A stretch of DNA of 63,719 nt, the filler included, from Octopus bimaculoides (taxonomy: Eukaryota): the NCBI RefSeq assembly GCF_001194135.2. It is 6 parts of 6 records of this genome, joined end to end, with 100 filler letters (N's around TTAATTAATTAA, not from the genome) between each part and the next. Parts side by side here need not be neighbours in the genome. Positions count along the whole stretch, not along the records: positions 1 to 30,831 come from NC_068982.1; positions 30,932 to 39,969 come from NC_068995.1; 4 more parts are not named here. One strand, 5' to 3'. The stretch's first letter is position 1, and the number at the start of each line of letters is the position of its first letter. The position numbers were made by a program, and so were the translations under genes. Under the pieces are notes generated by a model. That model saw only the letters and a program-made list of their open reading frames with translations. It ran no database searches and was not told the DNA's origin. Shown here one piece after another: positions 24,440 through 37,865 of the stretch.

Positions 24440-24640
24440 TGTTTCTGGCTCTTCTTCAACACTGCTTGACAAACGGTGTCGATTTGTTTACATTTCCGTA
24501 ACTTAGCGGTTCTTAGAATTACTACCAGTCTTTAAAAAAAGCATAAATACTGACGTAGGGGAGGCGGCTTGCCTGACTAAACTTTTCAAGGTGGCACCTC
24601 TGCATGGTCAGAGTCCAATGACTGAGAGAAATAAATTAAG
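24440..24640 (+). mobile_element. SINE family A-related, diverged 3' half
   Basis: gcttgacaaac...ccgtaacttagcggttc...gcatgg...aatgactga motifs. Confidence 0.55.
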
Positions 24641-25046
24641 ATGAGATTAGAGATAAGACATGTCTCAGGACAAGCTAATAAATCTACCAAATAATTTGCT
24701 TTTCAAATATGTGGAAGAAGGAGAGGATTCATCGCAAGGATCCTTTCAGTTCTGAGCAGAGATTTTGGAGAAACATTGATTGATGTTCAGGCGCACAAGA
24801 TAGAAACAGAAAGACAAAAATGCAGATGAGTATATTTAGAAGATACAAAAGAATGCACTGAATAAAAGTGAAACTAAACTGACATTGCTCAACATTGTCT
24901 GAATTGACAGAATTTACAATTTTCTGAGTGGATAAAAGACTTCTAGTAGCTTGGTATATTTTGGATAGCTGTGGGCAACTAATAACAAACAGTAGTTATG
25001 ATCATAATCGTGAACATATTTATCGTCGTCGTTAACGTCGTCAACG

Positions 25047-25124
25047 TCGTAGCCGTCAACTTCGTAGCCGTCAACTTCGTAGCCGTAAACTTCGTAGCCG
25101 TCAACTTCGTAGCCGTCAACTTCA
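25047..25124 (+). repeat. 15-bp minisatellite (CGTAGCCGTCAACTT) x5
   Basis: Read directly; gives the spurious VAVNF repeat ORF. Confidence 0.9.
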
Positions 25125-25545
25125 TCTTCGTCGTCATCAAAGTTCCCACAACCACTAGCGATAACGTCCGTATATGTCAGTATATCTATTATTACAGCTT
25201 TTCACAAAATCGATACCGCTAAAAAGCTATATTTTGCTTTCATCACAATGGTGATATCTCGACCAACGATATATTTTCTCATATACGCCACCGCAAACTG
25301 TTATATACACTAGCAAATGCACACAAAAAAAACATACATTCATACACATACACACACACAAACACACACACATTTACATACGTGCATGCATACATGCATG
25401 TGTGTGTGAGTATGCCTTTATATAAGTATGAATTTGTACAAATGTGTATATACGAATATATATGTATATAATATATATATATGTATATAAATATATTATA
25501 TATCTATAATATATATATATGTATATAATATATGTATATGTATAC

Positions 25546-25612
<67 letters not shown>

Positions 25613-26485
25613 TAAATATATATATACACACACACACACATACATATATATATAAGTATACACACACACACACACACATATATACATAACTAAATAAACA
25701 TGTATATATACAACAGATATACTCACTCAGACATACGGACATAAATGTGCAGACACTCGCACACATATGTATGTATGTCAGTATGAGTGAGTGTGTATGT
25801 GCTTGTGTATGTAATTGTGTGTAATTGTGTGTACGCATGCGTGTGTATCCAGGTACATCGACATAAATATATGCACATAGATATTATGTGAAACGTCTGT
25901 TTGCAGATGTATTCCCATTCGTCGACTCAATCCACATTTTTTTTTCTTATTAATGTCACACATTTCCTCCTTGTGTTTCTCTCTCACAATCATATTTTTT
26001 TTTTCTCTCTAGCACTCCCCCTATATCTCTTTCCCGGATCTTACCCCCACCTTTCTATCTTTCACCCTCTTTTCCCTACGTCTCTTCATCTCTCTGCTTC
26101 TTTTCTTTCTCTTCTGCAAATCCTTTGTCTTTCACAAATATACGCGCCTCAAAATATTCTACCATGCCACCATCTCTTTTCATTGATTCATAATTTTAAA
26201 AGCCCGACAAAGCAATCATTACCCATGATCGATAGATTCTGTGAGACAGCATTCCAGCACGTCTTTCAGCTCTCCAGTAACGCTTAAACCTATAATCATC
26301 AGGAAACTCGCGATCAGAAAGAGCCTCGATCTAAAATGTAATCTTATGGTAAAAATGCGTGCTTGTATGTATGTATGTACGTATGTATGTATGTATGAAT
26401 TTATGTATGTATATATATACGTATGCATAGACATATATGTATATATTTATACCTATGTGTGTTTATATCGATATGTACATATATA

Positions 26486-26530
<45 letters not shown>

Positions 26531-27181
26531 ATACTCACGCAGACATGCAGCCTCACTATTTGCACGTATACATGTGTATGTGTGTGTACCAGTATTTAGA
26601 TCTTTGTATATGCATATATGTATCAGTGAATAGATATGTACATTCCANNNNNNNNNNNNNNNNNNNNNNNNNNNNNNNNNNNNNNNNNNNNNNNNNNNNN
26701 NNNNNNNNNNNNNNNNNNNNNNNNNNNNNNNNNNNNNNNNNNNNNNNNNNNNNNNNNNNNNNNNNNNNNNNNNNNNNNNNNNNNNNNNNNNNNNNNNNNN
26801 NNNNNNNNNNNNNNNNNNNNNNNNNNNNNNNNNNNNNNNNNNNNNNNNNNNNNNNNNNNNNNNNNNNNNNNNNNNNNNNNNNNNNNNNNNNNNNNNNNNN
26901 NNNNNNNNNNNNNNNNNNNNNNNNNNNNNNNNNNNNNNNNNNNNNNNNNNNNNNNNNNNNNNNNNNNNNNNNNNNNNNNNNNNNNNNNNNNNNNNNNNNN
27001 NNNNNNNNNNNNNNNNNNNNNNNNNNNNNNNNNNNNNNNNNNNNNNNNNNNNNNNNNNNNNNNNNNNNNNNNNNNNNNNNNNNNNNNNNNNNNNNNNNNN
27101 NNNNNNNNNNNNNNNNNNNNNNNNNNNNNNNNNNNNNNNNNNNNNNNNNNNNNNNNNNNNNNNNNNNNNNNNNNNTATATA

Positions 27182-27216
<35 letters not shown>

Positions 27217-27446
27217 ATGTATATATATATGTGTTCACAGACATCCACAAATATATATATACTTCTACTGTATACATAGATACTCACATATGTATACACA
27301 GATGCAAAAGTGTGTATGTGTGCGTATGCACTTATGTATGTACCGATGAACATATGTGTATATATTTATGTATATATATATGTATATATGTATGTATATA
27401 TGTGTGTGTATATGTGTGTGTGCGTGTGTGTGTGTGTGCGTGTGTA

Positions 27447-27862
27447 CTCATTTTTACTCCTTGATTCTTTTGTTTCAGTCATTTGACTGCGCCCATGCTG
27501 GAGCACCACCTTTAGTCGAGCAAATCGACCCCAGGATTTATTCTTTATAAGCCTAGTACTTATTGTAGCGGGTTCTTTTGGCAAACCGCTACGTAACAGG
27601 GACGTAAGCACACCAGTATCGGTTGTCAAGCGATGTTGGGTGGGGGACATACACAGACACACAAACATATTATATATATATATATATATGTATATATATT
27701 TATATATATATAATATATACGACGTGCTTCCTTCAGTTTCCACTCACAAGGCACTGTCGGCCCGAGGCTATAGTAGAAGACGCTTGCCCAAGGTGCCACT
27801 CAGTGGGACTGAACTCGGAACCATGTGGTTGTTAAGCAAGCTACTTACCACACAGCCACTCA
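27447..27862 (-). mobile_element. SINE family A, near full length
   Basis: Colinear with 9644-10050. Confidence 0.85.
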
Positions 27863-28175
27863 CATATATATATATTCGTACATATACTATACATATATAC
27901 GTACGTAGATGCACACACATGCGCGCACACACAGACGCAGGCACACAGACACACACGCACGCACACACACACACGCACACACACACATAGACACACACAC
28001 ATACACACACACACACATTTCGTATGCAGAGTAAAGTAATCAATACTTCAAAAGTAGGGTACGTATCTATTATTTTATTGATTAATAAAACTTACTCATG
28101 CCGTTATTTTGTAAGCATGGTTATCTGATGAATAGCTCTGGCTTCAGTCAATGAAATTGTATACATACTCACGCA

Positions 28176-28215
<40 letters not shown>

Positions 28216-29024
28216 TATGTATTTGGGAAGTCACATTTTATTGTTTGTTTTTACATTTTAAAATATTTCATTATTTTGCTCTTTATATTGAGTTTTATTT
28301 TTTCTGGTGTTCGTACTTATATATGAGCACACGCTGAATAGGTAAATATGTACACATTGTGTATGTATGCTTGTATGTTATTTTTATATACGAAAAACCA
28401 TGTGAACTTCCAGAGTTAATATTACGACAGACTAATTTGATTTAATTTACTTGAATTTATTTTCCCTGTTATTCCTTCATGATAAGGTCATCTTAAACTT
28501 ATTGAAACCGATAGCTGACTAGTTAAAAATATAAATATTATCTTTCTGTTTTCCACACCTGGTATACAGCTTTTCTGGTATACAATCTCTCCCTTCAAAT
28601 ACCTTAATGTAAATGCTTGCTGATCATCTGAGGTCCCAAGCGACAACTTCTACTAAACGCTATTCATTTCTCAAATTTATTTCCAACTGACCTTATCTTC
28701 CGCACAAGAGGTCGTTTTATGTACTATTTTTGGTTATTCAGTTATTTTTCGCAGTTTATTTTTGCCTTATATCTCATGTCATCAAGCATTGTGTGAAGAG
28801 GTCAACTATATAGATATTTCATATTTTTGCATAATATTTTCCCCTGCACTCTTAATGGATTTTATTCTCCCTATATTATGTATCAGACCAAGAGAGCAAG
28901 CTGACTGAACCGTTAGCACGTCGGTCAAAATGTTCCGTAGAAGCTATGAGCAAAGAATACGGTAGTCTTGTTTTATTGCCTCACTAAACTGAATGTTATT
29001 GACGTTGGATATTAGTAGCAACGT

Positions 29025-29587
29025 GTGTGTGTAGTGTTGGCACTCCGTCGCTTACGACGTCGAGGATTCCAGTTGACCCGATCAACGGAACAGCCTGCTC
29101 GTGAAATTAACGTGCAAGTGGCTGAGTACTCCACAGACACGTGTACCCTTAACATCGTTCTCGGGGATATTCAGCGTGACACAGTGTGACAAGGCTGACC
29201 CCTTGAATTACAGGCACAACNNNNNNNNNNTCGAGGATTCCAGTTGACCCGATCAACGGAACAGCCTGCTCGTGAAATTAACGTGCAAGTGGCTGAGCAC
29301 TCCACAGACACGTGTACCCTTAACGTCGTTCTCGGGGATATTCAGCGTGACACAGTGTGACAAGGCTGACCCCTTGAATTACAGGCACAACAGAAACAGG
29401 AAGTAAGAGTGAGAGAAAGTTGTGGTGAAAGAGTATAGCAGGATTCGCCACCATCCCCTGCCAGAGCCTCGCGGAGCTTTAGGTGTTTTCGCTCAATAAA
29501 CACTCACAACGCCCGGTTTGGGAATCGAAACCGCGATCCTATGACCGCGAGTCCGCTGCCCTAACCACTGGGTCATTGCGCCTCCAC
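29025..29587 (-). mobile_element. SINE family C, 11-bp TSD (internal 165-bp repeat across a 10-N gap)
   Basis: AGTAGCAACGT at 29014-29024 and 29588-29598. Confidence 0.9.
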
Positions 29588-30350
29588 AGTAGCAACGTAG
29601 AAAAGTTGTAAAACAAAAATTTCAATTTTTTTTTTTATAAATATAATACTGCCTTTCATGCAACGATTCAATTCTTGCACACATTCTAGAACAATAGGGA
29701 TTATTCAATATTAATTTATCTGATCCACGAATATTTGGTTTCAGAAATTGAAGTAAAGTAAAAAGGATGAGACTCAAATTCAAATACAAATCTAATATTT
29801 AAAATACAAAAATATAGAACTGAAATAGGTAAATTTTAGTTCTAAATTTCTGGGACTTGTATTTATGTATTGCTCTTTAACAAAAGATTCCATGGAAAAA
29901 TACCTGTTTTGTGCTTTAGAGGCTGGGAGATTTATCTTCTCTGGAAATACGGTGAATTAATAAGGAGAATATTGAAATATTTGTATTCACATATACCTGT
30001 ATGGGTAAATATTGCACGTATCTGTGAGTGTTATGACAGCAGAATTAGTAGCTTCATATTGAGAATGCATATGTTTTACAGTCTTTCGTTGTTATTGATT
30101 AACTGAACGCACAAGATGCGAAATCGATTGATTTATTACTTTTAAAAGAGTCCTCTTGCATTGTCTGCTTTATCACCACATGGTACATTCTTTTATCCTT
30201 TTATTCTTTTAGTCATTTGATTGCGACCATGCTGGAGCTTTGCTCGAAACGTAAAAACCACCTTTCTTTCTTACCTTGAGCGTCTGCTAATACTTTGCAT
30301 GTACTACGTTGTTGCCTTTTTCTTGTGTTTGGGAGATTTATTATACATAA

Positions 30351-30443
30351 ATGTTTTCGATCTAGTTTGGATTCTTTACCATCAAATTTGAATTCTTTGC
30401 AATCAAATTTGATGGCAAAGATTCCAAACTAGATCGAAAACAT
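30351..30443. repeat. 93-bp hairpin (41-bp arms, 11-nt loop)
   Basis: Arms 30351-30391 and 30403-30443 differ at 2 positions; followed by (TA)n. Confidence 0.85.
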
Positions 30444-30831
30444 ATATATATATATATATATATGCAAATTTAAAAAAAAAACCTATTTAGAAAGAACTCT
30501 TGATTCAGTTTCTATGTCTAAAGAAAGATTTTCCGAAATTTAAAATTATAAATTACTTAATGAATCTTAACAGAGTCAGTTACACAGAATTTTGGGAAGA
30601 AAATTTTTGTAATGTGCAAGCACTTTCGCTATTTGAAGCTTTCTAAACATATATGTTTTGGAGTACTCTCTATTGAGGAAATTTCGTTGTTCGAATAAAA
30701 GTTCGTTTTCTATGTTTTTGTTTTTATGTTCTCGTTTCTCATTCTGTCATCGCTTTTTTTTATGTCCTGTACCCATATATGCATATATATATACATATAT
30801 ATGTAGGTATGTACGTATATGCATATATATA

Positions 30832-30931
30832 NNNNNNNNNNNNNNNNNNNNNNNNNNNNNNNNNNNNNNNNNNNNTTAATTAATTAANNNNNNNNNNNNN
30901 NNNNNNNNNNNNNNNNNNNNNNNNNNNNNNN
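30832..30931. other. Artificial 100-bp scaffold linker N44-TTAATTAATTAA-N44 (also 39970-40069, 47102-47201, 52380-52479, 61798-61897)
   Basis: Identical geometry five times; the 12-mer places stop codons in all six frames. Confidence 0.95.
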
Positions 30932-30949
30932 GGGGGGGGGGTGATTGTT

Positions 30950-31375
30950 GTGGTGGTAGTGTTGTGGTGGTGGTTGTCTTGTAAGTAGTACTGGCGGTGG
31001 TAGTGGTGGTGTTTGTTGGTGTGGTGGTGGTAGTATTGATGATTGTTGTGGTGGTAGCGTAGTGGTGGTGGTTGTCTTGTAAGTAGTACTGGCGGTGGTA
31101 GTGGTGGTGGTGGTAGTATTGATGATTGTTGTGGTGGTAGTANNNNNNNNNNNNNTTGTTGTGGTGGTAGCGTAGTGGTGGTGGTTGTCTTGTAAGTAGT
31201 ACTGGCGGTGGTAGTGGTGGTGGTGGTAGTATTGATGATTGTTGTGGTGGTAGTATTGATGATTGTTGTGGTGGTAGTGTTGTGGTGGTGGTGTAGTGGT
31301 GGTGGTTGTCTTGTAAGTAGTACCGGCGGTGGTAGTGGTGGTGTTTGTTGGTGTGGTGGTGGAAGTGGTGGTAAC
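30950..31375 (+). repeat. Complex GGT/GTA/TTG minisatellite (roughly 80-bp units)
   Basis: ggttgtcttgtaagtagtac and gtattgatgattgttgtgg blocks recur 4-5 times. Confidence 0.8.
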
Positions 31376-31508
31376 AGTGGACTTATGATGGTTGTGAAGG
31401 TGAGGTGGGGCAGTTTCAACACTGGGGTGGGGATAATAGGAGAAAAGGGGTCGGCGTTATTTGTGTTATAAGATTTGTGTGTCTGTGTGTACATCCGTGT
31501 GTATGTAT

Positions 31509-31840
31509 AGGTGCAGGCATGGCTGTGTGGTAAGCATCTTGCTTCCCAACCACATGGTTCCAGGTTCAGTCCCACTGCGTGGCACCTTGGGCAAGGTTCT
31601 TCTACTATAGCCTCAAGCTGACCAAAGCCTTGTGAGTAGATTTGGTAGACGGAAACTGTAAAAGCACCCACTACACTCTCGCGGAGTGGTTGGCGTTAGG
31701 AAGGGCATCCAGCTGTAGAAACTCTGCCAAATCAGATTGGAGCCTGGTGTAGCCATCTGGTTTCACCAGTTCCCAGTCAAACCGTCCAACCCATGCCAGC
31801 ATGGAAAGCGGACATTAAACGATGATGATGATGATGTTGA
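31509..31840 (+). mobile_element. SINE family A head joined to the RTE LINE 3' UTR
   Basis: 31509-31659 is the family A head; 31660-31840 matches the reverse complement of 62575-62745. Confidence 0.8.
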
Positions 31841-31844
31841 TGCA

Positions 31845-32030
31845 ACGAGCTGGCAAAATCGTTAGCACGCTGGGAAAAAATACTTAAATACTGTTTGTCT
31901 ATCTTTACATTCTGAGTTCAAATTCTGCCAAGGTCGACTTTGCCTTTCATCCTTTCGGGGGTCAATAAAACGCGTACCGGTTGAGTATTAAGGGTCAATG
32001 TACATGCTCTGCCAAAATTGCTGACCTTGT
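31845..32030 (+). mobile_element. SINE family B
   Basis: cgagctggca...gttagcacgc...aggtcgactttgcctttcatcctttcgggg. Confidence 0.75.
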
Positions 32031-32130
32031 AACAGTACTACATTCCTTACACTACCACCACACACTAAACTACAGCCTATACATCATCAACCATCACCAC
32101 CAGCATCACTAAATATCATAACAAACAACC

Positions 32131-32220
32131 ACCACCACACAGTACTACATCCCCAACACTACCACCACACAGTACTACATCCCCAACACTACCACTACAC
32201 AGTACTACATCCCCAACACT
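32131..32220 (+). repeat. 30-bp minisatellite x3
   Basis: ACCACCACACAGTACTACATCCCCAACACT three times, one mismatch. Confidence 0.95.
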
Positions 32221-32530
32221 GCCACCACCACCACAAGACACACAACCACACTTACACAGCATCATCACAAAACACTACCACTACCTGCCACCACCACCAC
32301 TCCAACACCATAATTACCACACATCACCAAACAATTGAATGCAACCGCCGCCCCTTCCTCTTCCTCCACCATCTCCACCACTACCTCCATCGTCATCACC
32401 TTCTCCTCCACCACCATCACATCCTCCATTATCACCTCTACCACTCCTCCTCCGTCACCACCACCACCACCATCACATCACCACACTAGGCTGGGTGCCA
32501 GGTCCGTAATTACCTATATTCGTATCATCA

Positions 32531-32569
<39 letters not shown>

Positions 32570-33355
32570 GTAAGGAACAGTACAACCCCACAACACGCTT
32601 AAATATACACACACACACACACACATGCACATACACACAGACGCGTGCACATACAGATGCACAGTAGACCCTGCTGTAACACGCATACATGCACTCGTGT
32701 TTGTAGACATGGGAGAACAAAACTTGCCTCACACACACATGCGCACACACATGAATATCTACAAAATAAAACTCACTTCACATATGCACGCATGCGCACA
32801 CAGATACACACACACACACATACACGCACATATATATGCATACACATGAACACGTACAAAGTAAAACTCACTCCACACACACATACACACACATCTGAAT
32901 GTATGCAGAATGTACCCTACCACACAAGCACACGGACACACTCATTCACATATGGACATGCAGAATATAGCCACCCACGCACCAACACACAGATGCACAC
33001 ACACACACACTCACGCACATGGACACACACACAGAATAAACCTCGCCCCCCCCCTGACACACACACACACACACAAACACGGACACATAGAATATACCCT
33101 GCCACATGTACACACAAGCATACATATAAACACATACAAAGTGAACCTTCACATCACACACAACACAGACTAAACTCCTTCACACACACACACACCAACC
33201 ACCATCACAGGGAAACACACATACATGCACATGGACATACACACACATAGTAGACCCCCACATCATAAACGCTCAACACAGAGTGAAACCCATTTGTATT
33301 ATTATTATTATTATTATTATTACTATTATTATTATTACTATTATTNNNNNNNNNN

Positions 33356-33394
<39 letters not shown>

Positions 33395-33400
33395 TATTAT

Positions 33401-33545
33401 CAAGGCGGCGAGCTGAAAGAATCTTTAGCACGCCGGGCGAAATGCTTAACGTTATTTCGTCTGCCGCTACAGTCGATAAATTAAGTACCAGTCAAGTACT
33501 GAAGTCGATGTAATCGATTATTCTCTTCCCACAAATTCCAGGCAT
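33401..33545 (+). mobile_element. SINE family B, internally deleted
   Basis: aaggcggcgagctg...tagcacgccgggcgaaatgc...gtcgataaattaagtaccag. Confidence 0.7.
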
Positions 33546-33621
33546 TGTACCTATAGTAGAGAGGATTATTATTGCTATTATTATTATTGTTAGTAGTAGT
33601 AGTAGTAGTAGTAGTAGTAGC

Positions 33622-33673
<52 letters not shown>

Positions 33674-33724
33674 ATTTGAAGGTAGCGGTCATGAACTGGT
33701 GAATTCATATGAGGAATGACGTAG

Positions 33725-34298
33725 CAAGGTTTCACTAGGAAGGAAGGAGAAAGAGGAGTTGTTAGAATAGAGGATAGTGTTACATAGTCTTAGAGATAGC
33801 TACGAAAGTGTGTTGCAAGCCGCACCGAATAAGAAAGTTCTCAATGACAATGTGGACACCCTCGAGGAGTAGAAAATGATGAAAGGAACATTAACTGGAA
33901 GGAGAAAGTCCTACGCCGAATTTTTTTTTTCCAGCAAACACCGAATAAAGCTGATGAAGATTCTTGAAGATGGTTATGACATAGATTTTTAAAGGAGACA
34001 AACAAACTGATCCTTACTGCTCAAGAAGAAGCTTCATGAACCTACTCAGTCAAGTGAGTTAACAGCACCACCTTTGTGTAGATTATATGAAAAAATTACC
34101 TGAGATAGATGTATAATTAGTGGATGTTCAAAACTGGACCCGAAGGAGTACGAAAAAGGCCATGACAAAGTAGTATTGAAAATACCCTGGAAGTTGTCCG
34201 TAGAGTATGGGCTAGAATGCCCCAACAAGTGGTATGAGTACCATCCTTTGCTGGTACCAGAAAATGATCAGGTGAAATTCACGTGGGATATGCCAATC
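33725..34298 (+). mobile_element. Degenerate RLE-type non-LTR retrotransposon fragment (R4/Dong-like)
   Basis: RKEGERGVVRIEDSV ... KETNKLILTAQEE ... PLCRL ... IISGCSKLDPKEYEKGHDKV ... NKWYEYHP ... ENDQVKFTWDMPI across several stops and frameshifts. Confidence 0.75.
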
Positions 34299-34676
34299 TA
34301 AGTGATTAAAGATGGAGAGTGCCACAACAGAAATTTAAACACGATATTTAATTTGAGACTTATAACGTCTTCCAGAACGCTAGAAGTCAACAGCTTAGTT
34401 GTTGGTGGATGTTATTTGATATACTGTATTGCCAGGCAAACAGTCATTCTTCATCGCTCGTTTAAATAATGGCGTTGAGTCGTAAACAACGGAACGATAT
34501 TTTTCTCCAAAATAAAACTAGCAGATAACCTCACATCTCCTCAATTTCTCTGCATAACATCTGTAGACTGATCTACGAACCTATCCTCACATACACCCCA
34601 GTTGTAATCCTTTTCTTTCAGGCAGAGTATTTCTAAATTTACATTACATCAACGTTTCTTTCTCTTTATGAACAAT

Positions 34677-35250
34677 AGGCGCAGGAGTGGCTGTGTCGTA
34701 AGTAGCTTGCTTACCAACCACATGGTTCCGGGTTCAGTCCCACTGCGTAGCATCTTAGACAAGTGTCTTCTACTATAGCCTCGGGCCGACTAAAATCATG
34801 TGTGGATTTGGTAGACGGAAACTGAAAGAAGCCCGTCGTATATATATATATATATATATATATNNNNNNNNNNNNNNNNNNNNNNNNNNNNNNNNNNNNN
34901 NNNNNNNNNNNNNNNNNNNNNNNNNNNNNNNNNNNNNNNNNNNNNNNNNNNNNNNNNNNNNNNNNNNNNNNNNNNNNNNNNNNNNNNNNNNNNNNNNNNN
35001 NNNNNNNNNNNNNNNNNNNNNNNNNNNNNNNNNNNNNNNNNNNNNNNNNNNNNNNNNNNGTGTAGCATTGCTTGGCAACTGATGGTGGTGTGCTTATGTA
35101 CCCGTCACTTAGCGGTTTCGGCAAAAGAGACCGATAGAATAAGTACTAGGCTTACAAAGAATAAGTCCCGGGGTCGATTTGCTCGACTAAAGGCCGTGCT
35201 CCAGCATGGCTACAGTCAAATGACTGAAACAAGTAAAAGAGTAAAAGGGT
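34677..35250 (+). mobile_element. SINE family A, full length, gap in the internal microsatellite
   Basis: Head at 34677, tail gtaaaagagtaaaag near 35233-35247. Confidence 0.85.
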
Positions 35251-36004
35251 AAGGTAATGTTTGATATGAGACATATTTGGCAGTTATTTCAAGCATTATT
35301 ATATAATATTTCTTCCTGAAATTTGTGAGCAGAAAACAGAATTAAACATGAAAACATAAACTTCAAACCTCACAAAATTTCAATGAATGATAAATATTGG
35401 AGAAGTATGTTAACAAATGCATTTACTTACATACAGATATACTCACTCACACTGATTCATACAGACTCACATACACACATATGCAGACAACCACATGGAG
35501 GGAGAGGTATGTTCACACACGCTGAGATTTTGGAATATAGCGTAAAGTAAAGGACACCATCGGCGTTACTATAATGTTCAGATCCGATTCATCGTTTTGG
35601 AGGTGGCTAAATGTGAACTGAAAGGCTGTTAGATTTGAACTCAAGACGTCAAGACAAACGATATCCGGAATTTTGGTATCATTGCTAGATGAGAAGAGAT
35701 GGCAGCACGTTCTTACAATTGTAAAATATCTTCATTATCATCATAATCATCATCAGCAGCAGCTGCAATAGTAACATTAACAACAACAATATTTTCTGCA
35801 GTATCTTTCTCCTCCTCCACTTCACCCTCATCATCATCATCTTGATCATCATCATCGTCATCATAATCATCATCATCATCATCGGTCATAGCAGAACCTG
35901 TTCACTGCACTAACAAAGAACAGCAACAGCAGCAACTCATGCAGCGATAACATCAATAACAATCGCAACAATAGCTGCAGCAGTAGGAGCAGCAACCAAC
36001 AAAA

Positions 36005-36035
<31 letters not shown>

Positions 36036-36172
36036 GACTGGGTGCTAAATATCCAAAAAGAATAAGAATAAGAAACAAACATTTACCAATAAAGCCAAAT
36101 ATTTTTTTTTTCTTTTGAATACAGGAATTCACACATATACGTGTATGTATATTTACACATATTATACGTATA

Positions 36173-36225
<53 letters not shown>

Positions 36226-37329
36226 ATATATATGTGTGTATACATGAATGTATTTATGTATGTATGTAGGCATATACAGGCAAGTATAAAATTCAACATT
36301 AATTTGGGAAAGAGGAAAGAATTTAATAAGTGGGTAGAATTTTATATGAGTATCTTCCGAAATGACTTTTTTCTGAGAATGATAGTTAATAAAATATATA
36401 GGGGAAAAAAATTCCGAAGAAGATACTCGCAGACGGGTACATGAAGCCATATCTGGTAGATAATGATAAATAGATTTATGTGTGTAGTAATGATCTAAGA
36501 GAAAGACGCCAAGAATATTCTTTGTGTGTGAACTGTTATCAAAGTGTTCATGAAAGTTGTATACGTTGAAAATATTTTTGGCGAATATATATTGACAGAA
36601 GGAAATAATCGCAAAACAACAGCAGTAGTAACAACAGCAACAATAACAAAATTAGTATTCATATTAAGATCGGTCGATACAACAAAACGAAAAGAAATAA
36701 CTAAAATAATATCAATAGTAATAATCTTATGAGTGCGGTCGCTCTGTCTGTAGTAGCAGCCAAATTCCTGCAAATCATCTGCCGTCGTAAGAAAGCAGTT
36801 TGGAGAATGATAATGTCTAATAAAATATGTATAGATATTAGTTTCCTGAATGAGAGTCTTTGGTAGAGATTTGCGAAGTCTTATTTTGACGTGCTATGGT
36901 AATGATTTATGTGTATAGTTTGGACCTAGGTGAAAGAAGATAATTTTTTGTGAACCATTGCGAAAATGTCCACCAAACATTTGGTGAGGAATACTTGTTG
37001 ATAGAATTATTTCAGCAGCAGATATAGCAATATCAACAACAACAGCAAAAACAAAAGCATTTATAACGACAAGACTATGATAAAATAAAAATAGGGGAAA
37101 AACCCAACAAATGATCAACGAGTGCAGATAGACAATGATGATTTAGCCTAGTAAAAATGGTACCAAAATCTCCCTTAAATTCTACCTTGTCATTTTAAGA
37201 AAATAGAGATACGTTCGATAATGTAGTCTTGAATACACTTTGACCGAGAGAACTACAGGATTGTCACTGCCTGAACGCTTTTGACTACTGGTCGACTACA
37301 GCGGAGCTGGCCTAGGGTTCGGGCAGAAT

Positions 37330-37472
37330 AACGTCATCATCATTTTCATCACCATTATTATTATTTTCCACTTCTTTTTCATCATTACCCTCATCATCGT
37401 TGTTACCCACGTCGTCACCATAATCATGGTGTTCATTATCATTATTTTTCATAAATCCAATCTTAATCATAG

Positions 37473-37505
<33 letters not shown>

Positions 37506-37675
37506 CCATCACCTTCTTCAATATCCTCCTTCCCGTCATCATCATCATCGTCATTGTCGTAGCCGTCATCATCGTTGTCGTCATCATCGTCCTCATGGTC
37601 GTCGTCGTCGTCGTCATCATCATCATCATCAATAGCACTATCACCAACGCCATCGTCATCAACATCATCATCATT

Positions 37676-37724
<49 letters not shown>

Positions 37725-37865
37725 CCTTCATCAATATCCACCTTCTCGTCATCATTATCATCATCGTTGTCGTAACCGTCGTCATCATCTTTGTCGTCAT
37801 CGTCGTCGTCGTCGTCGTCATCATCAATAGCACTATCACCAACGCCATCGTCATCAACATCAGTA
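37330..37865. repeat. Compound (ATC)/(GTC) trinucleotide array with internal duplication
   Basis: caatagcactatcaccaacgccatcgtcatcaacatca at about 37630 and 37823. Confidence 0.85.

Noticed and set aside
29051-29400. 165-bp tandem duplication within the SINE C copy
   Set aside because: The copies sit either side of a 10-N gap; typical unmerged contig overlap.
30876-30887. Recurrent PacI-like palindrome TTAATTAATTAA as a biological motif
   Set aside because: Always centred in exactly 44+44 Ns; assembly linker.
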